This document shows positions 1-8,536 of a stretch of 64,000 bases of DNA, piece by piece. Under the pieces are notes generated by a model, which was not told the origin of the DNA, searched no databases, and was given only the letters and a program-made list of their open reading frames with translations. The first letter of the stretch is position 1. Each line of letters begins with the position of its first letter. This stretch comes from Candidatus Omnitrophota bacterium. GTDB taxonomy: Bacteria > Omnitrophota > Gorgyraeia > Gygaellales > Profunditerraquicolaceae. The position numbers and the translations under genes were made by a program. The stretch covers positions 42,048 to 106,047 of the forward strand of contig QZKH01000003.1 in NCBI GenBank assembly GCA_003598025.1, given 5' to 3'.

Positions 1-7
1 TACCTCT

Positions 8-1759
8 ATGACCGGAGGGGTGCCGCAGGAGATAACTTATAGCGAGTTTTATAGGATCTTAAAGGACAATCCTGATAAGATAAAAACCCTGGCTAAAACA
101 GATACTGAATTGCAAGGTGTATTTGCCGATGACAGCAAATTCAAATTAACCATACCTGATAATGACCAGGAATTGCTTAGCCTTATAAGGACTAATGTTA
201 AGCATTTTGAAGTAAAACCGCTAAGGACTTTTTGGGCGGCATTGATATTTAATTTAGGCCCAATATTAATATTGATTCTATTTTGGTGGCTTATGGCTTC
301 ACGAGGCGAGCAGCTTGGCAACAGGGTCATGTCTTTTGGTAAGGTGCGGCCGAGGATGCATAATGAAAATGATTCGGGCAAAGCCACATTTAATGATGTT
401 GCAGGTGTTGACGAAGCAAAAGAAGAATTGGCAGAAGTAATTGAATTCCTCAAGGACCCGAAGAAATTCCAGAGATTGGGAGGCAAGATCCCCAAAGGCG
501 TTCTATTGGTAGGGCCGCCTGGATGCGGGAAAACTCTCATTGCCAGGGCTGTCGCCGGAGAGGCAGGAGTACCTTTTTTCAGTATTTCAGGCTCGGATTT
601 TGTTGAGATGTTTGTCGGTGTTGGAGCAAGCCGGGTAAGGGATTTATTCGAGCAGGGGAGGCGCGCGGCCAAATCTTCTTCCAAGGGCGCAATTATATTT
701 ATAGATGAAATAGATGCGGTGGGCAGGCTGCGTTTTTCCGGAATTGGCGGCGGTCATGATGAGAGAGAACAGACACTTAACGCCCTGTTAGTAGAGATGG
801 ATGGATTTGATCCTACCCAGGGGTTGATACTTATTGCGGCAACGAACAGGCCGGATACGCTTGATCCGGCTTTACTCCGTCCGGGCAGATTTGACCGGCA
901 TGTGATTGTGCATCTGCCGGATATAAAAGGCAGGGAGGAAATCCTTAAGGTGCACACCCGTAAGATCAAGGTTTCTACGAACGTAAATTTTAAGGTATTG
1001 GCAGCATCTACTCCCGGGTTTTCGGGAGCTGACCTGGCAAACCTTTGTAATGAGGCAGCTTTGCTTGCTGCTAGATTTAACAGGGAGTCCGTGGAGATGG
1101 TTGATTTTGAAAAGTCAATTGAAAGGCTGCTTATGGGCCCGGAAAAGAAAAGCAGGATTATGTCTAAAAAAGAAAAAGAGATTACCGCAGTCCATGAATC
1201 AGGGCACGCGTTACTGTCATTGCTTATACCGGAAGTAAATCCGCTTAGGAAAGTTTCCATAATTCCACGGGGTATGGCTGGCGGATATACTTTCACTCCG
1301 CCGCTGGAAGATAAACATTATTGGCTAAGGAGTGAATTGATGGGTGAAATAGCCTTGATGCTCGGAGGCAGGGCTTCTGAAGAGTTGACGTTTAATGAAG
1401 TTACAACAGGCGCGCAGAATGACCTGGAGGTTGCAACGCAGATGGCCAGAAAAATGGTATGCCAGTATGGTATGTCAAAGAGATTGGGCAATGTTACTTT
1501 AGGCAAAAGGGAAGGAATGATTTTTCTTGGAAGGGATATTGTTGAAGAGAGGAATTATAGCGAGGAAACGGCAAGAGTAATAGATGAAGAAGTAAAAAAC
1601 ATTGTTGATGATGGTTATAAGAGGGCAAAAGAGTTATTGCAGCAGGAAGGCGATAAATTGAAGGTATTGGCTAGCGCACTTATTGAGAAGGAAGTGCTTG
1701 ACGCCGAAGAAGTAAAGAAGCTCTTGGGGATTGAGAAGAAAGATAAAGACGTAGCTTGA
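8..1759 (+). CDS. ftsH: ATP-dependent zinc metalloprotease FtsH. Probably missing its N-terminus because the window starts inside the gene.
   Basis: AAA+ Walker A GPPGCGKT, second region of homology, and zinc-binding HESGHAL (HExxH). 583 aa. Confidence 0.9.
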   Translation: MTGGVPQEITYSEFYRILKDNPDKIKTLAKTDTELQGVFADDSKFKLTIPDNDQELLSLIRTNVKHFEVKPLRTFWAALIFNLGPILILILFWWLMASRGEQLGNRVMSFGKVRPRMHNENDSGKATFNDVAGVDEAKEELAEVIEFLKDPKKFQRLGGKIPKGVLLVGPPGCGKTLIARAVAGEAGVPFFSISGSDFVEMFVGVGASRVRDLFEQGRRAAKSSSKGAIIFIDEIDAVGRLRFSGIGGGHDEREQTLNALLVEMDGFDPTQGLILIAATNRPDTLDPALLRPGRFDRHVIVHLPDIKGREEILKVHTRKIKVSTNVNFKVLAASTPGFSGADLANLCNEAALLAARFNRESVEMVDFEKSIERLLMGPEKKSRIMSKKEKEITAVHESGHALLSLLIPEVNPLRKVSIIPRGMAGGYTFTPPLEDKHYWLRSELMGEIALMLGGRASEELTFNEVTTGAQNDLEVATQMARKMVCQYGMSKRLGNVTLGKREGMIFLGRDIVEERNYSEETARVIDEEVKNIVDDGYKRAKELLQQEGDKLKVLASALIEKEVLDAEEVKKLLGIEKKDKDVA

Positions 1760-1765
1760 ATTGAT

Positions 1766-2974
1766 ATGCGCATCATCGATATAGCCAAGCCGGGAGATTT
1801 AAAGAATTTGATGGAGAGGCTGAAAGTTGATCCATACGGGATCAAGATAATGCTTCCAAAGGGATTGTCTTTTGCCGTAAAGATAGATTCTTTGGATTCG
1901 ATAGCAGCAAATATTTTGAAACAGCAGATGCTTTCTTTGGGGGGTGATGTAGCGCTTCCAAGAGGGATTTTGACCGGCAAGCTAAAGAACACCGACTGCC
2001 TGCTTTTAGGTAACCTTTATCAACTGAGCCAATTAATCAAGAAGCTTAAATTGCAGCCCTTCGGGTTAAAGGAATTATCTTTTAGGCTAGATTCTCTGCT
2101 TGATAGTTATCAAAAGGTAAACTTTGAGCTGGATCTACCTTCCGGCAGGATGCGTTTAGGCTCTAAGCCCCGCATCATGGGTATAATTAATATTACTCCT
2201 GATTCTTTCAGCGGTGACGGCGTACTTAAAACATCTCTGATTTCAAAGAGTATTTGTTTGGCTGATATAGTTGATAAAGCGCATAGAATGATAAAGGATG
2301 GCGCTGATATTATTGATGTCGGAGGAGAATCTTCCAGACCCGGGTCTTTACCGGTATCATATAAAGAAGAACTGAATAGGGTTATCCCTGTTATAAAGGT
2401 TCTTACAAAAAAGACAAAGGCGCCAATCTCAGTGGATACTTATAAGCCGGAAGTTGCCAGGCAAGCGTTGGATAACGGTGCCGCAATCGTAAACGATATC
2501 AGCGGATTGCGGAACAGAAATATGGCTAAGATTATCGCAAAATATAAGGGGGCAGTTGTGATAATGCATATGAAAGGCCGGCCCCGTTCGATGCAGAGAA
2601 ATCCCGTTTATGATTCAGTGGTTGATGATATTAGCGGATTTCTTAAAGGGCAGATAGATTATGCCGTTGCCAGCGGTATTCCTGCCAACAGGATTGTTAT
2701 TGATCCTGGCATTGGTTTTGGAAAGACCACTGAACATAATCTTGAAATTCTGCGCAGGCTAAGGGAATTCAGGTCTTTAGGAGAGCCTGTGCTTATTGGG
2801 CCGTCAAGGAAGGCATTTATAGGCAAAATATTAAAGGCTGATTGCTTTGACAGGGTTGCCGGTACAACCGCTGCTTGCGTATTGGCAGCAAAGAACGGAG
2901 CAAATATTGTGAGGGTGCATGATGTCAGGCAAATAGCCCAGGCTTTGAAGGTAAGCCATAGTATATTAAACTAA
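1766..2974 (+). CDS. folP: Dihydropteroate synthase with an N-terminal extension of about 130 aa of unknown function
   Basis: Pterin-binding domain motifs GIINITPDSFSGDG, IIDVGGESSRPG and VNDISG. At 402 aa it is longer than the canonical ~280 aa. Confidence 0.85.
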   Translation: MRIIDIAKPGDLKNLMERLKVDPYGIKIMLPKGLSFAVKIDSLDSIAANILKQQMLSLGGDVALPRGILTGKLKNTDCLLLGNLYQLSQLIKKLKLQPFGLKELSFRLDSLLDSYQKVNFELDLPSGRMRLGSKPRIMGIINITPDSFSGDGVLKTSLISKSICLADIVDKAHRMIKDGADIIDVGGESSRPGSLPVSYKEELNRVIPVIKVLTKKTKAPISVDTYKPEVARQALDNGAAIVNDISGLRNRNMAKIIAKYKGAVVIMHMKGRPRSMQRNPVYDSVVDDISGFLKGQIDYAVASGIPANRIVIDPGIGFGKTTEHNLEILRRLREFRSLGEPVLIGPSRKAFIGKILKADCFDRVAGTTAACVLAAKNGANIVRVHDVRQIAQALKVSHSILN

Positions 2975-2975
2975 A

Positions 2976-3782
2976 ATGTGGAGACCGATAATTGAAATAT
3001 TTGTACTTTGGTTTGTGATTTATCATATTATCCTGTTTTTTGAGGGTACGCGCGCTGTCCAGGTATTAAGAGGGATTATCACGCTTTTGATAGCCTTCTT
3101 TTTGTTCCAGATACTCGGTTTTGAGGTTTTGGATTGGCTGTTAACCAAGCTTTTTGGTATATCAATCATAGCAATATTAATAATATTCCATCCTGAGATA
3201 AGGCAGGGTTTGGCCAGGATTGGGCAAAGGCATTTATTTGCTACTACATTAAAGGAAGAAGAAATTGACTTTATGTTGAAGCAGATACTTGAGGCGGCTA
3301 TTAATCTTTCCAAGGGCAGAATAGGCGCGCTAATAGTGATTGAAAAGAATGACCCTTTAAACGCATATATGCAAAGCGGCGTCAGTATTGATGCAAAAGT
3401 TTCCCAGGAATTAATCCAGGCAATATTTACTCCCTATAATCCATTGCATGACGGAGGCATAATTATACAGCACGGAAGGATTTCGGCAGCGGGATGCATC
3501 TTTCCATTTACTCAGAATCAAGACTTAAGCAGGATATTCGGCACAAGACATAGGGCCGCGCTTGGCTTAAGCGAGGAAACGGATGCGCTTGTAGTTATTG
3601 TCTCTGAAGAGCGGCAGGATATTTCTTTGGTTTACAGAGGCAGGCTCCACCGCGGGCTTACCCAGGATGAGATGCTTTCTAAAATAAAAGAAACACTGAA
3701 ATTAAAGAAAGAAGACAACAAAGTTAAAGAGGCGCCAGATAATGGAAATGAAGGAACTCCCGAAAATAAAAATCAGCCGTAG
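2976..3782 (+). CDS. cdaA: Diadenylate cyclase CdaA (c-di-AMP synthase). N-terminal transmembrane helices followed by a DAC domain.
   Basis: Hydrophobic N-terminus. DAC motifs DGGIIIQ, TRHRAALGLSEETDALVVIVSEER. Confidence 0.85.
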   Translation: MWRPIIEIFVLWFVIYHIILFFEGTRAVQVLRGIITLLIAFFLFQILGFEVLDWLLTKLFGISIIAILIIFHPEIRQGLARIGQRHLFATTLKEEEIDFMLKQILEAAINLSKGRIGALIVIEKNDPLNAYMQSGVSIDAKVSQELIQAIFTPYNPLHDGGIIIQHGRISAAGCIFPFTQNQDLSRIFGTRHRAALGLSEETDALVVIVSEERQDISLVYRGRLHRGLTQDEMLSKIKETLKLKKEDNKVKEAPDNGNEGTPENKNQP

Positions 3783-3786
3783 AGTT

Positions 3787-3891
3787 ATGCATTGGCTTGT
3801 GAGCCATCCTTGGCTTAAGCTTATTGCCTTGATTTTGGCAATAATAGTGTGGTTCTATGTCAGAGGGGAAATAACCCGGTTCAATTATTAA
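3787..3891 (+). pseudogene. 34-aa remnant resembling the N-terminal membrane anchor of CdaR/YbbR. A truncated cdaR, or a residual micro-ORF.
   Basis: ATG sits 4 nt after the cdaA stop. Translation by hand gives MHWLVSHPWLKLIALILAIIVWFYVRGEITRFNY* then a stop. This is the canonical cdaA-cdaR position. No YbbR domains follow. Confidence 0.4.
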
Positions 3892-3893
3892 AT

Positions 3894-4610
3894 ATGCTTA
3901 AGCTGGGAGTTAATGTTGATCATGTAGCGACAATCAGGCAGGCAAGAGGCGGTTGTTATCCTGACCCGGTTAATGCAGGGCTCATATGCGAGTCATCCGG
4001 GGCAGATAGCATAGTCGCGCATTTAAGAGAAGACAGAAGACACATTCAGGAGAGAGACCTGTTCCTTTTAAGGAAGTTGTTACGCACCAGGCTTAATCTT
4101 GAGATGTCTTGCTCTGATGAAATTGTGCGGGTGGCTCTTAAGGTTTTGCCTGACCAGGCGACTTTAGTCCCGGAAAAGAGGCAGGAGTTAACCACTGAAG
4201 GCGGGCTTGATGTGCTGGCTAATATGCCGCAGGTCATAAAAGCCTGTAGAGCGCTTAAGAATAAGAATATTGATGTAAGCATCTTTCTTGACCCCGATAA
4301 AAAACAAATTGATGCTTCTAAAAAGATCGGGGTTAAGATGATTGAATTGCATACGGGCAGGTTTGCCAATAGCCGCAATAAACAGCAGTACAATAAAAAT
4401 TTTTTAGAATTGAAAAAGGCTGCGCGTTATGCCGCAAAATGCGGCTTGCGGGTTTTTGCAGGGCATGGTTTGAATTATGATAACGTCCCGGATATAGTTA
4501 AGATAAAAGAGATCGAAGAGTTAAACATAGGCCATGCTATTATTTCCCGGGCTCTGTTCGTCGGGCTTCGGTACGCGGTAACAGAGATGAAAAATTTGAT
4601 AAAGAGATGA
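3894..4610 (+). CDS. pdxJ: Pyridoxine 5'-phosphate synthase. Start chosen at MLKLGVNVDH. The track ORF begins at 3849.
   Basis: LGVNVDHVATIRQARG N-terminal signature of the PdxJ TIM barrel. Conserved pdxJ-acpS adjacency. Confidence 0.85.
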   Translation: MLKLGVNVDHVATIRQARGGCYPDPVNAGLICESSGADSIVAHLREDRRHIQERDLFLLRKLLRTRLNLEMSCSDEIVRVALKVLPDQATLVPEKRQELTTEGGLDVLANMPQVIKACRALKNKNIDVSIFLDPDKKQIDASKKIGVKMIELHTGRFANSRNKQQYNKNFLELKKAARYAAKCGLRVFAGHGLNYDNVPDIVKIKEIEELNIGHAIISRALFVGLRYAVTEMKNLIKR

Positions 4611-4963
4611 TGGTAGGCACCGGAGTAGATATTACGGAAGTAAGAAGGCTGCGTCAGGCAGTAGATAAATGGGGCGACAGTTTCTTAAGCAGGGTATTTA
4701 CGAAAGAAGAATTAAAAAATGCCCGGGGAAGGGTAAGCCTATATCAACATCTTGCCGGCAGATTTGCGGCCAAAGAAGCGGTATTTAAAGCTTTAGGCGA
4801 TCCGGACTTGACCTGGCAGGATGTAGAGATTATTAATGACAGGCAGGGTAAACCTCATTGTAAGCTGCTTAATTATAAGAAAAAGGATGTCGATATTTTG
4901 ATATCGATCTCTCATGTAAAAAGCTATGCGGTTGCCAGCGCGATTATTACAGAGAAGACCTGA
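4607..4963 (+). CDS. acpS: Holo-[acyl-carrier-protein] synthase
   Basis: MMVGTGVDITEVRRL start and 118 aa size are typical of AcpS. The ATG overlaps the pdxJ stop. Confidence 0.85.
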   Translation: MMVGTGVDITEVRRLRQAVDKWGDSFLSRVFTKEELKNARGRVSLYQHLAGRFAAKEAVFKALGDPDLTWQDVEIINDRQGKPHCKLLNYKKKDVDILISISHVKSYAVASAIITEKT

Positions 4964-5789
4964 TGCTCATAAAGGAGATTTCGGACATATATTCATTTTG
5001 GCCGGTTCGTTGCGATTTTCCGGAGCAGCAGTTCTATGCGCAGAGGCAGCGATGCGCTGCGGGGCAGGGCTGGTAACCCTGGGGGTGCCAGAAAATGTAG
5101 CCCGTCCGATAATAAAGTTTAAGCCCAGGGAAATAATGCTCCTTCCTTTGCATGAGACAAAAGAAGGCACGTTAAGTCCGTCTGGATATAAAAAGATAAA
5201 AAATTTCGCAATTACCGCTGATATATTGGCTTTAGGGCCTGGTCTTTCTCAAAATAAATCAACCCAAACTTTAATCCGTAAGATTGTGGCCACGGTAAAT
5301 AAACCTATGGTTATCGATGCTGACGGTCTAAATGCCTTAATAGGCAACTTAGGGATTTTATCCGCTAAACCATATACGCTAAACCCTAAAATATTGACCC
5401 CTCATCCTGGAGAAATGGCAAAGCTTTTGGGCACAAGCATTAAAAAGATTCAGAAACAAAGAAAAGATGCAGCAGTAAACTTTGCTAAGAAATACAAAGT
5501 AACCGTAGTCTTAAAAGGACATAATACGATAGTCGCTGATTATAAAAATAATTTATATGTAAATAAGACCGGTAACCCCGGTATGGCTACTGCTGGAAGC
5601 GGGGATGTTTTGACTGGTATCGTGTCAGCTTTCTTAGCGCAAGGTTTGGATAGTTTTAGCGCAGCTAAATTTGGGGTGTATATTCACGGATTAGCAGGTG
5701 ATCTGGCAGCAAAAGAGAAAACGGAAATTAGCTTGATTGCTTCGGATTTAATTGGTAAAATTCCCGATGCAATAAAGATCAGTTCTTAG
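4926..5789 (+). CDS. nnrD: ADP-dependent NAD(P)H-hydrate dehydratase (YjeF C-terminal domain only)
   Basis: GHIFILAGSLRFSGAAVLCAEAAMRCGAGLVTLGVP and GNPGMATAGSGDVLTG carbohydrate-kinase-like motifs. No epimerase domain. Confidence 0.8.
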   Translation: MRLPARLLQRRPDAHKGDFGHIFILAGSLRFSGAAVLCAEAAMRCGAGLVTLGVPENVARPIIKFKPREIMLLPLHETKEGTLSPSGYKKIKNFAITADILALGPGLSQNKSTQTLIRKIVATVNKPMVIDADGLNALIGNLGILSAKPYTLNPKILTPHPGEMAKLLGTSIKKIQKQRKDAAVNFAKKYKVTVVLKGHNTIVADYKNNLYVNKTGNPGMATAGSGDVLTGIVSAFLAQGLDSFSAAKFGVYIHGLAGDLAAKEKTEISLIASDLIGKIPDAIKISS

Positions 5790-5827
5790 ATATATTCTGA
5801 AAAAGTTTATCTTAGTACTAATGTATT

Positions 5828-5900
5828 GCCGGCGTAGCTCAGTCGGTAGAGCAGCTGTTTTGTAAACAGCGGGTCGGGGGTTCGATTCCTCTCGCCGGCT
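5828..5900 (+). tRNA. tRNA-Thr (anticodon UGU)
   Basis: Cloverleaf folded by hand. Acceptor GCCGGCG/CGCCGGC, anticodon stem GCTGT/ACAGC, loop TTTGTAA, T-loop TTCGATT. 73 nt. Confidence 0.85.
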
Positions 5901-6027
5901 TAAATGAGGCCACAACTTATGGAGCAAATGAAATGAGCGAACATAAGTTGTTTGGCCGAATTTATCCCGAGTGTACGAAGCAGATTTATTGAAATCTGCG
6001 AGTGCTTACACGAGGGATGTAAAATGA

Positions 6028-6110
6028 TAGTTCATAGTTGATAGTTCATTGTTCATGGATATTGGTATATTTCTATGAACCTTGAACCATGAACTAATAT
6101 GATATGAACA
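6028..6110. repeat. Family-A palindromic repeat element. Left arm of GTTCATAG-type units, right arm of CTATGAAC/CATGAAC units.
   Basis: tagttcatagttgatagttcattgttcatgg ... ctatgaaccttgaaccatgaactaatatgatatgaac. Same architecture as the copies at 36109, 51739, 53418, 57776, 57938 and 59371. Confidence 0.75.
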
Positions 6111-6231
6111 CCCGAACCGAAAGGGGTGTGGGGAATTTCCCCACGTTGTCGGGGTGACAGCGAACATAGTGAGCGCCATAGGGGCAGAGCCCCTATGGAG
6201 AGCGAGCGGTGATTGAAGACTTGGCGAGCGA

Positions 6232-6262
6232 GGGTCGGGGGTTCGATTCCTCTCGCCGGCTT
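6232..6262 (+). repeat. 31-nt direct repeat of the 3' end of tRNA-Thr (T-arm plus acceptor 3' strand). Partner copy at 5871-5901.
   Basis: GGGTCGGGGGTTCGATTCCTCTCGCCGGCTT is identical at both sites. 330 bp of non-coding, hairpin-rich DNA lies between them. No upstream 5' acceptor strand, so this is not a second tRNA. Confidence 0.8.
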
Positions 6263-6263
6263 T

Positions 6264-6334
6264 ACAAAGTCACCAAGTCACAAGGACACACGTCACAAGT
6301 TTATGTGACGTTGTGACTTTGTGTCATTGTGACA
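6264..6334. repeat. Family-B palindromic repeat element. Left arm of GTCACAAG/GACACA units, right arm of TGTGAC/CTTTGTG units.
   Basis: caaagtcaccaagtcacaaggacacacgtcacaag ttta tgtgacgttgtgactttgtgtcattgtgac. Confidence 0.75.
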
Positions 6335-6359
6335 AACACTATTTTTGTTATATTGTTTC

Positions 6360-6445
6360 GGGCAGGTACCCAAGTGGCCAAAGGGGGCAGACTGTAAATC
6401 TGCTGCACCTGTGCTTCGGGGGTTCGAATCCCTCCCTGCCCACCA
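6360..6445 (+). tRNA. tRNA-Tyr (anticodon GUA). Long variable arm. CCA encoded.
   Basis: Acceptor GGGCAGG/CCTGCCC, anticodon loop CTGTAAA, T-loop TTCGAAT, then ACCA. Confidence 0.85.
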
Positions 6446-6467
6446 GTTTGCCTTATTTTCACTCATT

Positions 6468-6538
6468 GCGGGTGTAGTTCAATGGCAGAACAATAGCCTT
6501 CCAAGCTATATATGTCGGTCCGATTCCGATCACCCGCT
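6468..6538 (+). tRNA. tRNA-Gly (anticodon UCC)
   Basis: Acceptor GCGGGTG/CACCCGC, anticodon stem ATAGC/GCTAT with loop CTTCCAA. 71 nt. Thr-Tyr-Gly order mirrors the thrU-tyrU-glyT cluster known from E. coli. Confidence 0.85.
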
Positions 6539-6620
6539 TTAATTTCAGCTGGGTGGCGGGATAAGCACGCTTGTATGTTGCCCGCTGTTAGAGTTTAAAT
6601 ATTTACAAATGAGGAAATAA

Positions 6621-8117
6621 ATGTTTCCATTCAGCCAAAGAAGAGAAATAAGGGGTATCGATAACCTTTTACCTAAGCTTATCGACCATGCCAATGTTTT
6701 AGTACTTTATTTGGATAATCATGGTTTTATAACCATGACGAATAAGAAAGTCGAAGAGATAACTGGTAAGCGCAGGGAAGATATTATCGGACGCGGCTGG
6801 ATGGATGTGCTGTTTTCAAAAAAGAACCCGACAATTAAAAAACAGATGTTTAAGGCTGTAGTTGATGATTCTATTCTCTATAAACGCTTAAACGGATTTG
6901 AAGGAATAATAGTTGACGCAAATGGCAACGAGCGCCTGATATCCTGGAGTATAAACCCCATACTATCCGAATCTAAGGATCTTGGAGGTGTTTCTTTGTT
7001 GGAAGGAGTTCTGTTTATCGGCAACGATATTACAGAGCTTAGAGAGAAGGGCGCTTCGCTTAAGAAAATCGATGATGCGCTTAAGGATTTGTTTGTCAAC
7101 ATAAAAGAATACGCTTTATATGTTACAAATTTAGACGGTAATATTACGTATTATGGGATAGGCGCCGAAAAGATGTTCGGGTGGCTTAAAAACGAAATCA
7201 TTTTTAAGCACGTTAGTGTTTTGCACCAGCCTGCGACAGCTAAAGAAGTACTTGATAATATTTTCGATAGGGTGAAAAATGCCGGCCAATATGAATCAGA
7301 AATTAATCTGGTAAAAAAGGATAATCAGGAATTTCCGGTTATTCTTACGGTCAGCCAGTTTCTTGATAACGAAGGGAAGTTGATAGGTTTTACCTTTATA
7401 GCTAAAGATATTACAGAAAGAAAGAAGATGGAGTTTCAGATACTTCAGTCTGAAAAACTGGCAGCTATAGGCCAGCTTGCTGCTGGTATGGCTCACGAAA
7501 TCAATAATCCGCTCTTTGTTATTTCCGGACGGCTGGAAATGCTCTTTGATCAGGGTGGATTGGATGAAAAAGTTGCTGAAGATTTGAAGATTATCAACTC
7601 ACAGGCAGACAGGATCAGAAAGCTAGTTGACCGGTTACTGAAGTTTGCTAGGCAAAGCCAATTGAAGCTCGAACCTTTGAATATAAACGATGTTATAGAG
7701 GGAGTTATCCCGTTTTTGTCGTATCAGAAATTGCCTGTTTCTCAGATTAAACTGGTCAAGGAGTTTGATAAAAGCCTGCCAATGGTTAAAGGCGAATTAA
7801 ATCAGCTGCAGGAAGTTTTTATTAACCTTCTCATCAATGGGTATCAGGCTATGTCTGTTAATGGCGGCCAATTGACAGTCAAGACCAGCCTGTACCTTGG
7901 AAGTTTTGTAGAAGTCAGTATTACTGATACCGGCGGAGGCATAAAACCCGAAAACCTTAAAAATATATTTATGCCGTTTTTTTCAACTAAAAAAGACGGT
8001 ACCGGCTTGGGGCTTTCAATCTGCCATAATATTATTCAAAATCACGGCGGGACAATCTCGGTTGAGAATGCACCCGGAAAGGGCACTACTTTTATAGTAA
8101 GGTTGCCAATTATTTAA
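6621..8117 (+). CDS. Cytoplasmic sensor histidine kinase (tandem PAS, HisKA, HATPase_c). No transmembrane segment.
   Basis: H-box LAAIGQLAAGMAHEINNPL. HATPase motifs GGGIKPENL and GTGLGLSICHNI. PAS-like N-terminal regions. Confidence 0.85.
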   Translation: MFPFSQRREIRGIDNLLPKLIDHANVLVLYLDNHGFITMTNKKVEEITGKRREDIIGRGWMDVLFSKKNPTIKKQMFKAVVDDSILYKRLNGFEGIIVDANGNERLISWSINPILSESKDLGGVSLLEGVLFIGNDITELREKGASLKKIDDALKDLFVNIKEYALYVTNLDGNITYYGIGAEKMFGWLKNEIIFKHVSVLHQPATAKEVLDNIFDRVKNAGQYESEINLVKKDNQEFPVILTVSQFLDNEGKLIGFTFIAKDITERKKMEFQILQSEKLAAIGQLAAGMAHEINNPLFVISGRLEMLFDQGGLDEKVAEDLKIINSQADRIRKLVDRLLKFARQSQLKLEPLNINDVIEGVIPFLSYQKLPVSQIKLVKEFDKSLPMVKGELNQLQEVFINLLINGYQAMSVNGGQLTVKTSLYLGSFVEVSITDTGGGIKPENLKNIFMPFFSTKKDGTGLGLSICHNIIQNHGGTISVENAPGKGTTFIVRLPII

Positions 8118-8131
8118 AACAGGAGGAAGTT

Positions 8132-8524
8132 ATGTCTTATAAAGTGCTGGTAGTTGATGACGAAGCTCCGGTAAGAGAATTGTTTCATGATTTGTTGGTA
8201 AAAGAAGGTTGCAATGTAAAAGTTTGTGCATCAGGCGAAGAGGCGTTGGAGCTGGTTAATGGCGAAGATTTTGACGTTATACTCCTGGATATCAAGTTAT
8301 CCGGCATGAATGGGCTTGAGGCTTTAAAAAAGATAAAGGATATAAAGCCAAAAGCCATAGTTATAATGATAACCGGATTTGGCTATGATGAGGAGCTTAT
8401 TAATAAATCAAAACAACTTGGCTGCTCAGGATACATAGGAAAAAATATGCCTATTTCGCAGATAATCAGCAATTTCAAGTTGTTTACAAAGTCTGCAACA
8501 GAGAAATTAAAAAAAGATAATTAA
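8132..8524 (+). CDS. Response regulator, receiver domain only (CheY-like)
   Basis: VLVVDDE, phospho-acceptor D in ILLDIKLSGMNG, conserved K. 130 aa with no output domain. Confidence 0.85.
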   Translation: MSYKVLVVDDEAPVRELFHDLLVKEGCNVKVCASGEEALELVNGEDFDVILLDIKLSGMNGLEALKKIKDIKPKAIVIMITGFGYDEELINKSKQLGCSGYIGKNMPISQIISNFKLFTKSATEKLKKDN

Positions 8525-8536
8525 CCGGAAGATAAA

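Noticed and set aside
5902-6262. The idea that 5828-6262 is one tRNA with a ~360-nt intron, a tmRNA, or a second tRNA gene
   Set aside because: The tRNA-Thr at 5828-5900 is complete on its own. The second copy has only the T-arm and 3' acceptor strand with no matching 5' acceptor strand upstream. No tmRNA tag-reading-frame or pseudoknot signatures recognised.
6345-6542. 65-aa + strand ORF 6345-6542
   Set aside because: Precisely overlaps tRNA-Tyr and tRNA-Gly. Artefact of reading through tRNA genes.
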